From the NCBI GenBank assembly GCA_951406725.2, contig OX597831.1:64480001-64544000 (forward strand): a DNA stretch of 64,000 bases. The letters run 5' to 3'. The notes under the pieces were generated by a model that saw only the letters and a program-made list of their open reading frames with translations, had not been told where the DNA came from and did not search any database. This document shows, piece after piece, positions 61,862 through 64,000 of the stretch (position 1 is the stretch's first letter; each line of letters starts with the position of its first letter). A program made the translations under genes and the position numbers. The stretch comes from Octopus vulgaris (Eukaryota).

Positions 61862-62535
61862 ATTTCTTTACTACCCACAAGGGGCTAAACATAGAGGGGA
61901 CAAACAAGGACAGACAAAGGGATTAAGTTGATTACATCGACCCAGTGCGAAACTGGTACTTTATTTATCGACCCCGAAATCGAAATTGAACCAATACTAT
62001 GACTGGCACCCGGCAGATGCCAGGACCCCTGGACTGGAGATACGTAAAAAGCACTATCCGAATCGTGGCTGATGCCAGCGCCGCCTCGACTGGCTTCCGT
62101 GTTGGTGGCACGTAAAAAGCACCATCCGAATCGTGGCCGAAACCAGTGCTGCCTCGACTGGCTTCCGTGCCGGTGGCACGTAAAATGCACCAATCCGACC
62201 GTGGCCAATGCCAGCCTCGCCTGGCACTAGTGCAGGTGACACGTAAAAAGCACCCACTACACTCACGGAGTGGTTGGCGTTAGGAAGGGCATCTAGCTTT
62301 AGAAACATTGCCAGATAAGACTAGAGCCTGGTGCAGCCTTCTGGCTTCCCAGATCCCCGGTCGAACCGTCCAACCCATGCTAGCATGGAGAACGGACGTT
62401 AAACAATGATGATGATGATGAGAGGATGAAAGGCAAAGTTGACCTCGGCGGAACTTGAACTCAGAACGTAACAGCAGACGAAATACCGCTAAGCATTTTG
62501 CCCGGTGCACAAACGTTTCTGCCAGCTCACCGCCT
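61862..62535 (-). mobile_element. SINE family B split by an RTE-3'UTR insertion (about 61978-62420, + strand)
   Basis: The two halves rejoin as ...CGACCCCGAA|AGGATGAAAGGC... Confidence 0.88.
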
Positions 62536-64000
62536 TTGCACTTGAAAATAAAAAGTGAAATGTAATCTATCAAAATTGTTGTACTTAAGTGTTATTCTGT
62601 CATACCCATTGAAGTGTTATACCATGGCCATCATCTGCATTTCTCAGCCGAATGTTTCATTGTTTTCATTACCCAACCAAGTGTTGCGTCAGCTCTTTCT
62701 TAATTACCCAGTTAAATGGTGTACCATCTCCATCATCTTTATTACCCAAGCAAGTGTCGCAATTGTGCAGTTCAGCTTTACTGTATCCAATTTGGATCGT
62801 GTCCTCAGTAGATCACAGACTGTAAGTGAAGTTGTCCTCATATGGGCCTGAAGTTATTATAAACAGTCAAGAAAGGTATTCTAGTCAACATTAAACAAAA
62901 TTGGTTGGGAGCCAGTACCATTAGTAGATTTGTTTACTTTTTCTAAACCAAACTTTGAGGTCATTCAGTTAGAATGTGACAGTTGTTAGTGTTATCATTT
63001 CTTAATTGTTACAAGCCTTCCTGTAAGAAATACTTAGAAGTTCTTTGCTATCAAACAGGTCACAAGGTCACAATTATGCTGAACATACTTTAGTTATAGC
63101 ACTCTCTACTTGCTCTGCTTGTATTCAGTTTGAATGTAGGTGTTTAAAAATTTTTTTTATATATATATATATATACACACAAGGATTTCCTCTATCATTT
63201 GTAACCCAAGGGAGCCTTTAGCAATCTCTTGACCTGTTATAAATAGCATCTAAATCTTCCTTAGAGATAGAATGGGGCATGACTAAAGGTCCTTTTGATC
63301 ATTGGTCTGCTCAGATGGGGCTTACCTGGGGCTAAACAATAACTTATTCCAGATGAGCCAATAAAGGAACCTATAAGCTGTCGCTCAACTTGCTGGAAGC
63401 AACCAAATTTCATTTAAATGCCACCCTATTGCCTTAAAAAAGGATACATTAGATAATGTGGTCCGTAGGTCTGCTGTCCTATAATTAATCAATCTGTTGA
63501 GTAAATGAGTAAAGCATTGACTTGCTAAAATTAACAACCAAATAACTCTCAGATCACAACTCTGACAATGGAGACATTGGAAATTTAGCCCTATATACAC
63601 TGTCTGAAAAAAGAACTGGATGGTCATGGTTGAAATGGCTATGATCATGCATCTACTGAATTAGAGCTGACTTGAGGCTAGACAATAGCTTAGAAGATTT
63701 CTCGATAACTTTGCATCAGTGATTGATCAGGCTAAGGCTGATGTTTTATTGTAGTAGTTCCATTTTAATATTTGCGGGGGAAAAGGATATCATTGAAATA
63801 TACAATTTCTCGTGTATTTCAATGATGAGAGATATCAACAATACTTCTTAATGCCTTTTTCTCCTTTAAATGTCTACCTAGTTTTCCATGTTACTTGCTG
63901 TCTTAATAACTTTAGAAGTCTTGTTGCTGGATATTGCCTCCATTGCTGCAGTCATCATCATCATCATCATCATACTTGCTTCGGTCATTGGACTACAGCA

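Noticed and set aside
61990-62270. CRISPR-like repeat/spacer appearance of GTGCCGGTGGCACGTAAAAAGCACC units
   Set aside because: The spacers are homologous to each other, the array is part of a dispersed eukaryotic retroelement tail, and there are no cas genes

Overview
AT-rich, microsatellite-rich eukaryotic genomic DNA. The SINE/LINE repertoire looks like that of an octopus (coleoid cephalopod); this is inferred, not proven. The window contains one complete protein-coding gene that the ORF track misses: an 11-exon VPS37A (ESCRT-I subunit) ortholog on the + strand, ATG 252 to TGA 46879, 1116 nt CDS, 371 aa, all introns GT-AG with consistent phases. Intron 4 holds an apparently intact, antisense CR1-group LINE (ORF1 with PHD-like finger and polyQ; ORF2 with APE endonuclease and RT). 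Its AUG-less ORF2 is joined to ORF1 by a correctly phased G_GGA_AAC slippery heptamer, followed by a perfect 15-bp hairpin, which suggests -1 ribosomal frameshifting. The rest is mostly mobile-element debris: several tRNA-derived SINE families, RTE/CR1/Tx1 LINE fragments, Merlin-like and piggyBac-like MITEs, Helitrons, a decayed Tc1/mariner element, Penelope-like remnants with minimal hammerhead-ribozyme folds, and several long fold-back inverted repeats. Repeat boundaries are approximate unless TSDs or termini are stated.
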